Assembly (NCBI RefSeq): GCF_051860665.1
Contig: NZ_JBHYDM010000017.1
Span: 11,501-75,500 of the forward strand
Direction of reading: 5' to 3'
Length of the DNA: 64,000 nt
Source: Falsiroseomonas sp.
Lineage (GTDB): Bacteria; Pseudomonadota; Alphaproteobacteria; Acetobacterales; Acetobacteraceae
A model generated the notes under the pieces. The model was not told the origin of the DNA and did not search any database. It saw only the letters and a program-made list of their open reading frames with translations. Of the stretch, positions 12,209 to 21,540 are shown piece by piece. The position numbers were made by a program, and so were the translations under genes. Position 1 is the stretch's first letter. Every line of letters starts with the position of its first letter.

Positions 12209-12607
12209 CTATTGGGTGCAGTGGCTGTTGAAGGTGGTGCCGCCGACGGTGACGGTGGCCGTGCGGACCGGGTCGATCGTCACCTCGCAGGCCTGGCGCC
12301 AGCCGAGGCCGGTATGCAGCTGGACCTTGACCACCACGCGATCGGTGGCATCGGGCATGGTGGCGCAAAGCTCCTGCAGCGCCGGCAGGCTGGCGTTGCT
12401 GGCGACCAGCCGCAGCGTCCGCGCGCTGGTCGCCCCCGTCGGCACCGGCTGGCGGGCATGGATCTCGGCGGCGATGACGAAGGCGCCGCGATTGGCGACG
12501 CAGATGCGCGCCGCGCCCGCCTGCGCCAGGCCTTCGGCCGGCAGTGCGGTGGCCAGCAGCAGCGCCAAGGCGGGACAGGCGGCGAGGCCTGCAAGAGGGC
12601 GAGCCAT
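12209..12607 (-). CDS. Secreted 4-Cys protein, CDC domain-4-like paralog A
   Basis: SD AAGGAGG; signal GLA-Q; ICVANRGAFV...ELCATMPDA...QLHTGLGWRQACEV...TVTVGGTTFNSHCTQ. Confidence 0.85.
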   Translation of the reverse strand: MARPLAGLAACPALALLLATALPAEGLAQAGAARICVANRGAFVIAAEIHARQPVPTGATSARTLRLVASNASLPALQELCATMPDATDRVVVKVQLHTGLGWRQACEVTIDPVRTATVTVGGTTFNSHCTQ

Positions 12608-13000
12608 GGAACCTCCTTTGGTAGGCCTCAGCGGGTGCAACTCGGGTGGGCGCCCCGCAGCGCCGCCGGGGCGGGTCATGCGGGGATCCTCCTGAGCGAA
12701 GCAGGAAGGCACGCAGCAATCAGGACAGATACAAAGGCCCGCAAGGCTTCATTGCTCCAAAAAATGCAATCCCCGCCCGGATCTCTGCTCATTCTTGGAA
12801 CACGCCATTGGTTCTTCTGTGCTGGATTTCGGTTACTGCATTAACATCCGGGCCGTTACGGGGAAGCAAGTCCATTCCGATGGGCGCGATAGGCTTTGGC
12901 TGCATCACATGTCTTGCCTTCGGCGCCACGAAACAGCCCGAGCCGGTCGCTCTCCCGGCCCTCCCTTCCCTTCCCCGCCCATCCGGTCCATCTGGCGCCC

Positions 13001-15340
13001 ATGCGCTTCCTCCTCCGCCTCACCGGGCGTCTCCTCCTGCTGGTCGTGCTGCTGGCCGGCCTCGCCATCGCCTTCGCCGCGGCGGTGGTCTTCACCTCCC
13101 TGCCCGATGCGCGGGAGGAGCTGGCGATCCCCAGCCTCTCCGCCCCCGTCGCCATCACGCTGGACGCGCAGGGCATCCCCCGCATCCGGGCGGAGACGGA
13201 GCGCGATGCGGCCGTCGCCATGGGCTACCTGCATGCGCGGGACCGCATGTTCCAGATGGAGGCGATGCGCCGCAGCGCCGCAGGACGGCTGACGGAACTC
13301 GCCGGCCCCTCCGCCCTCAGGCTCGACCGCATGTCCCGCACCCTCGGCCTGCTGCCGCGGGCGGAGGCCGACCTCGCCGCGCTCGATGCCGGCACGCGGG
13401 ACATGCTGGTGGCCTATGCGGAGGGGGTGAATGCGCTGATCGCCGCCCGCGGCCGTCTCGCCGCGCCGGAGTTTCTGGTGATTGGCGAGCCGGAGCCCTG
13501 GCGGCCGGAGCACTCCCTGCTCTGGGGCAAGGTCATGGGCCTGTGGCTGTCCGGCAATTGGCGGCGGGAGCTGGAGCGCGCTGCCCTGGTCGAGGCCCTT
13601 CCGGCGGAGAAGGTCGAGGATCTCTGGCCGCGGGATGGCAGCGCCGGCCGGCCGGATCTCGCGGCCCTGCCCAGCGCGCCCCACCTGGCGCGGGTGCTGC
13701 AGGCGATCCCGGTCTTCGGCGAGGATGCGCCGCTGCCATCCTCCGCCTCCAATGCCTGGGCGGTGGGCGGGCGGCGCAGCGCCAGCGGCGCGCCGCTGCT
13801 GGCGAATGACCCGCATCTCGGCTTCAACGCGCCGATCCTCTGGTACCTGGCGCGCATCGACCTGCCCGATGGCCAGTTCCGGGCCGGCGCCACGGCGCCT
13901 GGCGTGCCGGCGATCGTCATCGGCCGCAACCAGTCCCTCGCCTGGGGCTTCACCACCACCCATTCGGATACGCAGGACGTTTTTGTGGAGCGGCTGGCGG
14001 GGCCGGATGCCTATCTGACGCCGGAGGGGCCCCGGCCCTTCCTGGTGCGGGAGGAACGCATCGCCGTGCGCGGCCAGGCCGAGCCCGAGATCCTGCGGGT
14101 GCGGGAGACGCGGCACGGGCCGGTGATCTCGGACCTCGACGGGCTGGCGGCGGCGGAAGGGCATGTGCTGGCGGTCGCCATGGCAAATCTCCAGCCGGAT
14201 GACACGGCCGCCGCCTCCCTGCTCGCGCTGAACCGCGCCACCTCCATCGCCGAGGCGCGGCAGGCTGCCGCGCTGTTCAGCAGCCCACCGCAGAACCTGA
14301 TGGTGGCGGATGCGGCCGGGCGCATCGCGCAATACCTGGTCGGGCGCACACCGATCCGCGCCAGCGGCGATGGCAGCCTGCCGGCGCGCGGCTGGGACGG
14401 CAGCATGGACTGGACCGGCTTCGTGCCCTTCGACGCCATGGCGCATGTGGAGGACCCGGAAAGCGGCCAGATCGCCAATGCCAATTCCCGCCCGGCACCG
14501 GCCGACCACCCGGTCTTCCTCGGCCGCGACTGGTATGGCGACTGGCGCCTGCGCCGCATCCGGCAATTGCTGGCGGCGCGGCCGCAGCATGACGCGGCGG
14601 GTTTCGCGGCCATGCAGAACGACGTCACCTCGCTTCTGGCGCAGGCGCTGCTGCCGGTGCTGCGCGCCGTGCCGCCGCCGGCCGGCCTGCCCGCCCGCGC
14701 CCATGCCCTGCTGGCGGACTGGAACGGCGAGATGCGCGCCGATCTGCCGCAGCCGCTGATCCACCACGCCTGGCTCGCCCGCTTCCGACAGCTGGCGCTG
14801 CAGGCCGGCGGGGCGCCGGAGGGCACCGCGGGCGGGCCGGAATTCCTGGAACGCCTCCTGCTGGACCCCGCCCGCGGCGCCGCCTGGTGCGGGGCGGAGG
14901 GTTGCGGACCCCTGCTGGCCCGCGCGCTGGGCGAGGCGGTGGCGGAGCTCGAATCCGCTCAGGGCAGCGACCCGGCCGCCTGGCGCTGGGGCGCGGCCCA
15001 TGTGGCGAGCTTCGAGCACCCGCTGCTGCGCTTCGTCCCTGGCCTCGCCCAGCTCACCCGCCTGCAGGCCGGCACCGGCGGCGACAACGAGACGCTGTCC
15101 CGCGGGGGCATGCGCGGCACCGGCACGAATCCCTTCGCCCACCAGCACGGCGCCGGGCTGCGCATGGTGGCGGACCTGGCGGATCCGGAGGGGACGCTGG
15201 CCATCATCGCCACCGGCCAGTCCGGCCATCCGCTTTCCGATAATTTCGCAAGCCTGCTGCAACGTTGGACAAGCGGGGACGTTCTGCGCCTGGGTCGGCA
15301 GCCTGAAAACGAGGCGGGGTCCATCCGACTGACCCGATGA
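13001..15340 (+). CDS. Penicillin acylase family (Ntn-hydrolase) protein
   Basis: N-terminal TM; GIPRIRA, GYLHARDRMFQME, SNAWAV nucleophile, LLANDPHL, WGFTT, NANSRP, GQSGHP. Confidence 0.93.
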   Translation: MRFLLRLTGRLLLLVVLLAGLAIAFAAAVVFTSLPDAREELAIPSLSAPVAITLDAQGIPRIRAETERDAAVAMGYLHARDRMFQMEAMRRSAAGRLTELAGPSALRLDRMSRTLGLLPRAEADLAALDAGTRDMLVAYAEGVNALIAARGRLAAPEFLVIGEPEPWRPEHSLLWGKVMGLWLSGNWRRELERAALVEALPAEKVEDLWPRDGSAGRPDLAALPSAPHLARVLQAIPVFGEDAPLPSSASNAWAVGGRRSASGAPLLANDPHLGFNAPILWYLARIDLPDGQFRAGATAPGVPAIVIGRNQSLAWGFTTTHSDTQDVFVERLAGPDAYLTPEGPRPFLVREERIAVRGQAEPEILRVRETRHGPVISDLDGLAAAEGHVLAVAMANLQPDDTAAASLLALNRATSIAEARQAAALFSSPPQNLMVADAAGRIAQYLVGRTPIRASGDGSLPARGWDGSMDWTGFVPFDAMAHVEDPESGQIANANSRPAPADHPVFLGRDWYGDWRLRRIRQLLAARPQHDAAGFAAMQNDVTSLLAQALLPVLRAVPPPAGLPARAHALLADWNGEMRADLPQPLIHHAWLARFRQLALQAGGAPEGTAGGPEFLERLLLDPARGAAWCGAEGCGPLLARALGEAVAELESAQGSDPAAWRWGAAHVASFEHPLLRFVPGLAQLTRLQAGTGGDNETLSRGGMRGTGTNPFAHQHGAGLRMVADLADPEGTLAIIATGQSGHPLSDNFASLLQRWTSGDVLRLGRQPENEAGSIRLTR

Positions 15341-15359
15341 GACACTCCGGAGAGGTGCC

Positions 15360-15839
15360 GTGCAGGCCACCCCTGATGAATTCGATGGCGTGCTGCGGCG
15401 CCGCCTGGCCGCCTGGGCGGTGGATGCGCTGCTGCTGCTGATCCTGTCCTGGCTGGTCTGGGGCGGCGCGGCGCTGCTCGCCATGCTGACCATCGGCCTG
15501 GTCGGCGGGCTGCTGCTGCTGCCCTGGGCGCTGCTGCTGCCGATTCTCTATGGCACGCTGTCGATCGCCTCCCCGCTCTCGGCCACCCCGGGCCAGGCGC
15601 TGATGGGCCTCGCCGTGCGGTCGGAGCTGGATGGCAGCGCGCCGACGCTGGGCCAGGCCTTCACCTCCACCACCCTCTATGCCCTGTCCTGGGCCGCGGG
15701 CGGCGTGCCGCTGCTGGCGCCGCTGTTTTCCCACCGCCGGCGGACGCTGCACGACCTTTTCTCGGGCACGCTGGTGCTGCGCAGTGCGACACTGGCCCGG
15801 CGTTCCTCCACACAGGGTCTTGCCGCCGAGGATGGTTGA
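15360..15839 (+). CDS. RDD family membrane protein
   Basis: RRRLAAWAVD, ATPGQALMGL, RRTLHDLFSGT; precedes ate/bpt as is common in alphaproteobacteria. Confidence 0.88.
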   Translation: MQATPDEFDGVLRRRLAAWAVDALLLLILSWLVWGGAALLAMLTIGLVGGLLLLPWALLLPILYGTLSIASPLSATPGQALMGLAVRSELDGSAPTLGQAFTSTTLYALSWAAGGVPLLAPLFSHRRRTLHDLFSGTLVLRSATLARRSSTQGLAAEDG

Positions 15840-15877
15840 TTTGCGGCCGGCTTGCGCGGAGACTATGGCCCGAAAAC

Positions 15878-16654
15878 ATGCTGCACCGCCCCGCACGTCG
15901 CCCCCAGTTCTTCTATACGACCGCGCCTCTGCCCTGCCCCTACCTGGCCGGGCGGACCGAGCGGAAGATTGTCACCGAGCTGGCGGGGGCGGAGGCGGAG
16001 ACGCTGCATGACCGGCTCTCCCGCGCCGGCTTCCGCCGCAGCCACAATATCGCCTATTCGCCGGTCTGCCCCGGCTGCCGCGCCTGCATCCCGATCCGCA
16101 TCGTCGCAGGCGATTTCTCGCCGGACCGCACCCAGCGCCGCATCTTCCGCCAGAATGCCGACCTGCTGACGGCGGAACTGCCGGCGCGGGCCAGCGCCGA
16201 GCAATTCGCCCTGTTCCAGCGCTACCAGGGCGCCCGCCACGGCGATGGCGACATGGCGGCCATGGGCTTCTACGACTATCGCGCCATGGTGGAGGACACG
16301 CCGATCACGACCGGCATCGTGGAGTTCCGCGAACCAGGTGGCCGTCTGGTCGGCGCCTGCCTGACGGACTGGCTCTCCGACGGTCTCTCCGCCGTCTATT
16401 CCTTCTATGAGGCGGAGGCCGGCAAGCGCAGCCTCGGCACCTATACCATCCTCTGGCTGGTGGCCCGCGCCCGGGCGCTGGGCCTGCCCTATGTCTATCT
16501 GGGCTATTGGGTGCCGCAGAGCGCCAAGATGTCCTACAAATCCCGCTTCCGCCCCAGCGAGACCCTTTCGGGCGGTGTCTGGCGCGTGCTGGCCGAGCAC
16601 CAGGACCATGCCGCGGCCCTGGCGCCGGAGGAGAAGCTGACCGTCACCGGCTGA
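15878..16654 (+). CDS. ate: Aminoacyl-tRNA--protein transferase (Ate/Bpt family)
   Basis: PCPYL, GFRRSHNIAYSPVCPGCRACIPIRI, LSAVYSFY, SLGTYTIL, YVYLGYWV, KMSYKSRF. Confidence 0.93.
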   Translation: MLHRPARRPQFFYTTAPLPCPYLAGRTERKIVTELAGAEAETLHDRLSRAGFRRSHNIAYSPVCPGCRACIPIRIVAGDFSPDRTQRRIFRQNADLLTAELPARASAEQFALFQRYQGARHGDGDMAAMGFYDYRAMVEDTPITTGIVEFREPGGRLVGACLTDWLSDGLSAVYSFYEAEAGKRSLGTYTILWLVARARALGLPYVYLGYWVPQSAKMSYKSRFRPSETLSGGVWRVLAEHQDHAAALAPEEKLTVTG

Positions 16655-16657
16655 GGC

Positions 16658-17785
16658 TCACGCCAGCACGGCATGCCGGCTGCGCTCGGCCTCCTGCTGC
16701 TGTGCCGCCTCCAGCATCTTGAAGGGCGGCTTGCCGCCGGACAGCAGCGCGGCCAGGGCGGCGCGGGCCTTCAGATCGTTCCGGTACCACTGGTGCTGCA
16801 CCACGTCCCATTCCGTGCCGCCCTTGGCCAGGATGCGGTCGCGCGAGCCCCAGTCCAGCCCCGGAAAGCAGTCCACCACCACCACCTGCGAAGGCAGGCT
16901 GGCGAGGCTGGTCGGGCCGTAATGGCCGAGCCGCCGATTGCCATTGGCGATCTGGCTGGCGACCGACAGGGTGCAGTCCTGGCTGATGCAGACCGTCACC
17001 TGCTCCACCATCTGCGGCAGCAGGCGCAGCGGCTGGCCGGGCTCGAAGCTGGTGGCGGGGACATCGGCGCTGACCAGCGCGGCCTGGGCGAAAAGCCCCT
17101 CCAGCTCGCGGGTCAGCAGGCCGTTGTTCATCGCCTCCAGCCCGCAGGCCAGGGCATGGTTGCCCATGCTGTGGGCCAGCAGCGCCACGCGCGGACGCCC
17201 CGCCCGCTCCCGCGCCCGCCAGATCTCCCGGATCAGCCGGGCGAGCGCGGGGGCGGAGGCCGTCGCATCCCGCTGATCGTCCAGATACTGCGCCCGCAGC
17301 CCCTCCTCGGCCGCGAAAAGCCGCGGGTCCAGCACCCGTCCATCCGAGGGCCAGGAGAAGACCAGCGGCGCGAGGGCCAGCTTCTCCGCCTCATAGAACT
17401 CCTCGATCTGCGCCGCCCGCTGCAGCGCATCGGCAAAGCCGTTGGAGAAGCCGTGGATGTAGAAGACCGGCACGGCGCCGCGCGCGGCGGCACTCGCAAA
17501 CCAGTCATCCAGCAGCCGGGCGCAGCTGCCGCCGATCGGGTCGCCAAAGTCGTCCTCGCCGGCGATATCGGGGGCACGCAGCAGGGCGCGCGGCGCCTCC
17601 GTGTCGATCGGGTCGCCGACCCATCCAACCTCCGCCCTGCCGAGGTAAAGGCGCTGGGCGGCGCCGGGGACCAGGTCCGCATCCTGGGCGAAACCGTCCG
17701 ACAGGCGCGGGCGGTTGGTGGCGAAATGCAGCACGGTGCTGGCGCGCTTGGCCTTCGGCGCCGCAGGCTTGCCCGGCTTCGGCAT
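16658..17785 (-). CDS. DUF900-type alpha/beta hydrolase
   Basis: HFATNR, YIHGFSNGF, FSWPSDG, LAHSMGNH. Confidence 0.8.
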   Translation of the reverse strand: MPKPGKPAAPKAKRASTVLHFATNRPRLSDGFAQDADLVPGAAQRLYLGRAEVGWVGDPIDTEAPRALLRAPDIAGEDDFGDPIGGSCARLLDDWFASAAARGAVPVFYIHGFSNGFADALQRAAQIEEFYEAEKLALAPLVFSWPSDGRVLDPRLFAAEEGLRAQYLDDQRDATASAPALARLIREIWRARERAGRPRVALLAHSMGNHALACGLEAMNNGLLTRELEGLFAQAALVSADVPATSFEPGQPLRLLPQMVEQVTVCISQDCTLSVASQIANGNRRLGHYGPTSLASLPSQVVVVDCFPGLDWGSRDRILAKGGTEWDVVQHQWYRNDLKARAALAALLSGGKPPFKMLEAAQQQEAERSRHAVLA

Positions 17786-17842
17786 CTCCGCCCCCTTCTG
17801 GTTCCGGGGGCGGATCGGATCACGCGGCGGGGGCGCTGTCCA

Positions 17843-20086
17843 TCAGACTCCGAACTTGCGCGACTTCGGGAAGCGGTCGGGCGGCATCTTGCCCGCCCCC
17901 GCGCGCTGGCCGGCCCAGGTGCGGAGGTCCGTCTCCGTCTTGACCCCGGCGCCATAGCGCCAGGCGAGGCCCTCCTTGGCGGCGAAGACCTTGGCGTCGT
18001 TCAGCGTGGCGCCGTCCTTCAGCTGCATCAGCTGCACGCCGCGGCCGCGCGTCATCTCCGGCACCTGGGACAGCGGGAAGACCAGCAGGCGGTTGTTGCT
18101 GCCGATGGTGGCGACGCTGTCGCCCTCCGCCGGCACGCAGAGCAAGGCCTCCACCGCCGCATCCACCACCAGCACCTGCTTGCCGGTGCGCTTCTCCGCC
18201 AGCAGCTCCTCCCCCTTCACGACGAAACCCTTGCCGTCGGTGGAGGCCAGCAGGAAGCGGCGGCCTTCGCGATGGACAAACAGAGTCACCACATCGTCGC
18301 CATTGGACAGGTCCAGCAGCAGCCGCACCGGCTGGCCATCGCCGCGGCCGCGCGGGATGGCATCCGCCTTCACGGTATAGGCCTTGCCGTTGGTCGCCAG
18401 CACCACGATGCGGTCCGTGGTCTCCGCATGCAGGGCGTATTTCAGGCTGTCGCCTTCCTTGAAGCGCAGTTCCGCATCGGCGCCGAGATGGCCCTTCTGC
18501 GCGCGGATCCAGCCCTTTTCGGAGAGGATGATGGTGATCGGCTCGCGCTCGATGAAGGCGGTCTCGTCCACCACGGCGCCGGGCTCGATGGTGCCGGGGA
18601 TGGTGCGGCGCTTGCCCAGCGCCGTTTCCTCGCCGAATTTCTTCCGGGTCTCCCGGATCTCGTCGGCGATGGCAGCCCAGCGCTTGGCATCGCTGGACAG
18701 CAGGCCGCGCAGCTTCGCCTGCTCCTTGCTGAGCTTCGTGTGCTCCCGCCGGATCTCCATCTCCTCCAGCTTGCGCAGGGCACGCAGCCGCATGTCGAGG
18801 ATGGCATTGGCCTGGGTCTCGGTCAGGCTGAAGGTGGCCATCAGCGCCTCCTTCGGCTTGTCCTCCTCGCGGACGATGCGGATCACCTCGTCCAGGTTCA
18901 GGTAGACGATCAGGTAGCCGTCGAGGATCTCCAGCCGCCGGGCGATGGCGGCCAGGCGATGCTCCGACCGCCGCACCAGCACCACATGGCGATGGTCGAG
19001 CCAGCAGCGCAGCACCTCCCGCAGCCCCATCACGCGCGGGGTGCGGTCGGCGTCCAGGACGTTCATGTTGAGAGGAAAACGGGTTTCCAGCTGGGTGTGC
19101 CGGAACAGCGTCTCCATCATCATCTTCGCGTCGACGGCCCGCGACTTCGGCTCCAGCACCAGTCGCACCACATCCGTGGATTCGTCGCGCACATCGCCGA
19201 GCAGCGGGAGCTTCTTCTCCTCCATCAGCGCCGCGATCTGCTCGATCAGGCGCGACTTCTGGACCTGGTAGGGGATTTCGTGGACCACGACCTGCCAGGT
19301 GCCGTTCTTCAGCGGCTCGACCGTCCATTGCGCGCGCAGCCGGAAGCCGCCGCGGCCGGTGGCATAGGCCTCCCGCATCGATTCCGGGCTTTCGACCAGC
19401 AGGCCGCCGGTCGGGAAATCCGGGCCCTTCACATGCGCCAGCAGGTCATCGATGCCGGCCTGCGGGTTGTCGATCAGCACCAGGGCGGCATCACACAGCT
19501 CGCCCGCATTGTGCGGCGGGATGGAGGTTGCCATGCCCACCGCGATGCCGGCCGCGCCATTGGCCAGCAGGTTCGGGAAGGCGGCCGGCAGGACCAGCGG
19601 TTCCTTTTCCTCGCCATCATAGGTGGCGCGGAAATCCACCGCGTTTTCCTCGATGCCTTCCAGCAGCGCCTGGGCGATCTCGGTCAGCCGCGCCTCGGTG
19701 TAGCGCATGGCCGCGGCGTTATCGCCGTCGATATTGCCGAAATTGCCCTGGCCCTCGACCAGCGGATAGCGCGCGGCGAAATCCTGCGCCTGGCGGACCA
19801 GCGCCTCATAGATGCTGCTGTCGCCATGCGGATGGTACTTGCCCATCACGTCGCCGACGATGCGGGCGCATTTCTTGAAGCCGGCGGCGGGATCCAGCTT
19901 CAGCTGGTGCATGGCGTAGAGCAGCCGCCGATGCACCGGCTTCAGCCCGTCCCGCACATCCGGCAGGGACCGGCTGACGATGGTGGACAGGGCATAGGCC
20001 AGGTAGCGCTCGGACAGCGCATCGGCCAGCCCGGTTTCCCGCATATTGCCGCCCTCGGGCGGCAGGCCCTTGATGTCGTCTGGCAT
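17843..20086 (-). CDS. parC: DNA topoisomerase IV subunit A
   Basis: [53 protein letters not shown]; recO-parC synteny. Confidence 0.96.
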   Translation of the reverse strand: MPDDIKGLPPEGGNMRETGLADALSERYLAYALSTIVSRSLPDVRDGLKPVHRRLLYAMHQLKLDPAAGFKKCARIVGDVMGKYHPHGDSSIYEALVRQAQDFAARYPLVEGQGNFGNIDGDNAAAMRYTEARLTEIAQALLEGIEENAVDFRATYDGEEKEPLVLPAAFPNLLANGAAGIAVGMATSIPPHNAGELCDAALVLIDNPQAGIDDLLAHVKGPDFPTGGLLVESPESMREAYATGRGGFRLRAQWTVEPLKNGTWQVVVHEIPYQVQKSRLIEQIAALMEEKKLPLLGDVRDESTDVVRLVLEPKSRAVDAKMMMETLFRHTQLETRFPLNMNVLDADRTPRVMGLREVLRCWLDHRHVVLVRRSEHRLAAIARRLEILDGYLIVYLNLDEVIRIVREEDKPKEALMATFSLTETQANAILDMRLRALRKLEEMEIRREHTKLSKEQAKLRGLLSSDAKRWAAIADEIRETRKKFGEETALGKRRTIPGTIEPGAVVDETAFIEREPITIILSEKGWIRAQKGHLGADAELRFKEGDSLKYALHAETTDRIVVLATNGKAYTVKADAIPRGRGDGQPVRLLLDLSNGDDVVTLFVHREGRRFLLASTDGKGFVVKGEELLAEKRTGKQVLVVDAAVEALLCVPAEGDSVATIGSNNRLLVFPLSQVPEMTRGRGVQLMQLKDGATLNDAKVFAAKEGLAWRYGAGVKTETDLRTWAGQRAGAGKMPPDRFPKSRKFGV

Positions 20087-20119
20087 TGGCGCTGATTCGT
20101 GCTTTGTTCAGGGTGGTGT

Positions 20120-20869
20120 CTAGACCGGCGGCTCGGGTGTTACCAGCGCCGCCACCCGGTCCGCCAGCATCTCCCGCGCCGCGGGCAGGCCGCGGTTGTG
20201 GACGCCGAAGACGTCGCGGGCCAGGAAATGGCCGGTCAGACGCAGCCCCGCCGCCCAATCCGCGGGGCCGGAAGGCCCCTGCCCCAGCAGGAAGGCCGGC
20301 AGCGGCAGCAGCCGGTCGCGCCATTCCCCGGCCGCGGCTTCCGAGACGGCGCGGCCGGATTTCGGCGAGACGAAGGTCAGGTCGTCATGGCTGCCGGTGA
20401 CGGCGCAGGCGGAGAAATCCAGGCCGTAGCCGAGATCGGCCAGCAGATCGGCCTCCCACCGCACCAGGTCGGGCAAAGCGAGGTCGGTGCCGCGCGCCAG
20501 GGTCGCGATGAAGGCGACCAGGCCGTGGAAGATGCGCGGATGCGCCTCCCGCTCCGGCAGCGCGGCCTCCGCCACGGCGCAGGCGGAGCGAAGCGCGGCG
20601 AGTGCCAGCGGGTCCTCCATGGCCAGCGCCGCGGCGGGGTGGACCAGCTCCGCGCCCAGCGCGCCGAGCTGTTCCGGCAGGCGCGCCACCCAGCGCGCCT
20701 CCACAAGGTTGCCCGGCTGCCACAGCGCCGCCTGGCCGCGGGAGGCGCCGCCCTTGGCGAGACCGGCGTGGCGGCCGTGTTCCTCCGTCAGCAGGGTCGC
20801 GATGACGCCGCCCTCGCCATGCGGACGGATGTCGAGGATGACGGCGGGGGCGGTCCATTCGATGGTCAC
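20120..20869 (-). CDS. recO: DNA repair protein RecO
   Basis: IEWTAPAVILDIRPHGE, HGRHAGL, LGYGLDFSACAVTG, VSPKSGRAVS; GTG start. Confidence 0.95.
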   Translation of the reverse strand: MTIEWTAPAVILDIRPHGEGGVIATLLTEEHGRHAGLAKGGASRGQAALWQPGNLVEARWVARLPEQLGALGAELVHPAAALAMEDPLALAALRSACAVAEAALPEREAHPRIFHGLVAFIATLARGTDLALPDLVRWEADLLADLGYGLDFSACAVTGSHDDLTFVSPKSGRAVSEAAAGEWRDRLLPLPAFLLGQGPSGPADWAAGLRLTGHFLARDVFGVHNRGLPAAREMLADRVAALVTPEPPV

Positions 20870-20922
20870 GGCCCGGAAGGTGGGGGTTTGCGGGGCGGCT
20901 GGGAAGCCGGCATGGAAGCGGG

Positions 20923-21540
20923 ATGCTCGCCCATCTGAAGACACCCCTGCTCGCCTCCTCCGCTGGCCTGGTGCTGGCCAATCTCATCCCGCTGGCCGGT
21001 GCGTTGCTGGGCTATTGGTCGAGCTTCGAGCTGATGCTGCTGTTCTGGGCCGAGAACGTCGTCATCGGCCTGTTCCAGGTCCTGCGCATGGGTACGGTGC
21101 TGGTGCTGCGGCGGGAGCGGGAGCTGCTGTTCCTGATCCCCGTCTTCGCCCTGCACTACGGCATCTTCACCTACGGGCATGGCACCTTCCTGGTGGTTCT
21201 GATGGGCGGCGGGACGACGATGGACGGGGCCTTGGCGATGCTCGGGCAGTCATCCGGCCTGCTCTGGCCCATGCTGGGGCTGGTCGCCAGCCATGGCCTG
21301 TCCTTTGCGCTGAATTTCTGGGGCGCCGGGGAATGGCGGCAGGTGGCGCCCAAGGCGCTGATGACCCAGCCCTATGGACGGGTGATGCTGCTGCACCTCG
21401 TTATCATGCTCGGCGGGGCCATCGCCCTCGCGCTGCAGGATGCGACCCCCACCCTTGCACTGCTGGTGGTGGCGAAGATCGTGATGGACCTGCGGGCGCA
21501 TTGGCGGGAGCATCGCGCGGCCCCCGCCGCCGCCGGATAG
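20923..21540 (+). CDS. Membrane protein, DUF6498-like
   Basis: LANLIPLAG...FWAENVVIG, FALHYGIF, PYGRVMLLHLVIMLGG, KIVMDLRAH; multiple TMs. Confidence 0.75.
   Translation: MLAHLKTPLLASSAGLVLANLIPLAGALLGYWSSFELMLLFWAENVVIGLFQVLRMGTVLVLRRERELLFLIPVFALHYGIFTYGHGTFLVVLMGGGTTMDGALAMLGQSSGLLWPMLGLVASHGLSFALNFWGAGEWRQVAPKALMTQPYGRVMLLHLVIMLGGAIALALQDATPTLALLVVAKIVMDLRAHWREHRAAPAAAG

Noticed and set aside
16673-20095. 1140-aa plus-strand ORF
   Set aside because: Antisense shadow of parC and the DUF900 gene; low-complexity translation typical of stop-poor GC-rich DNA.
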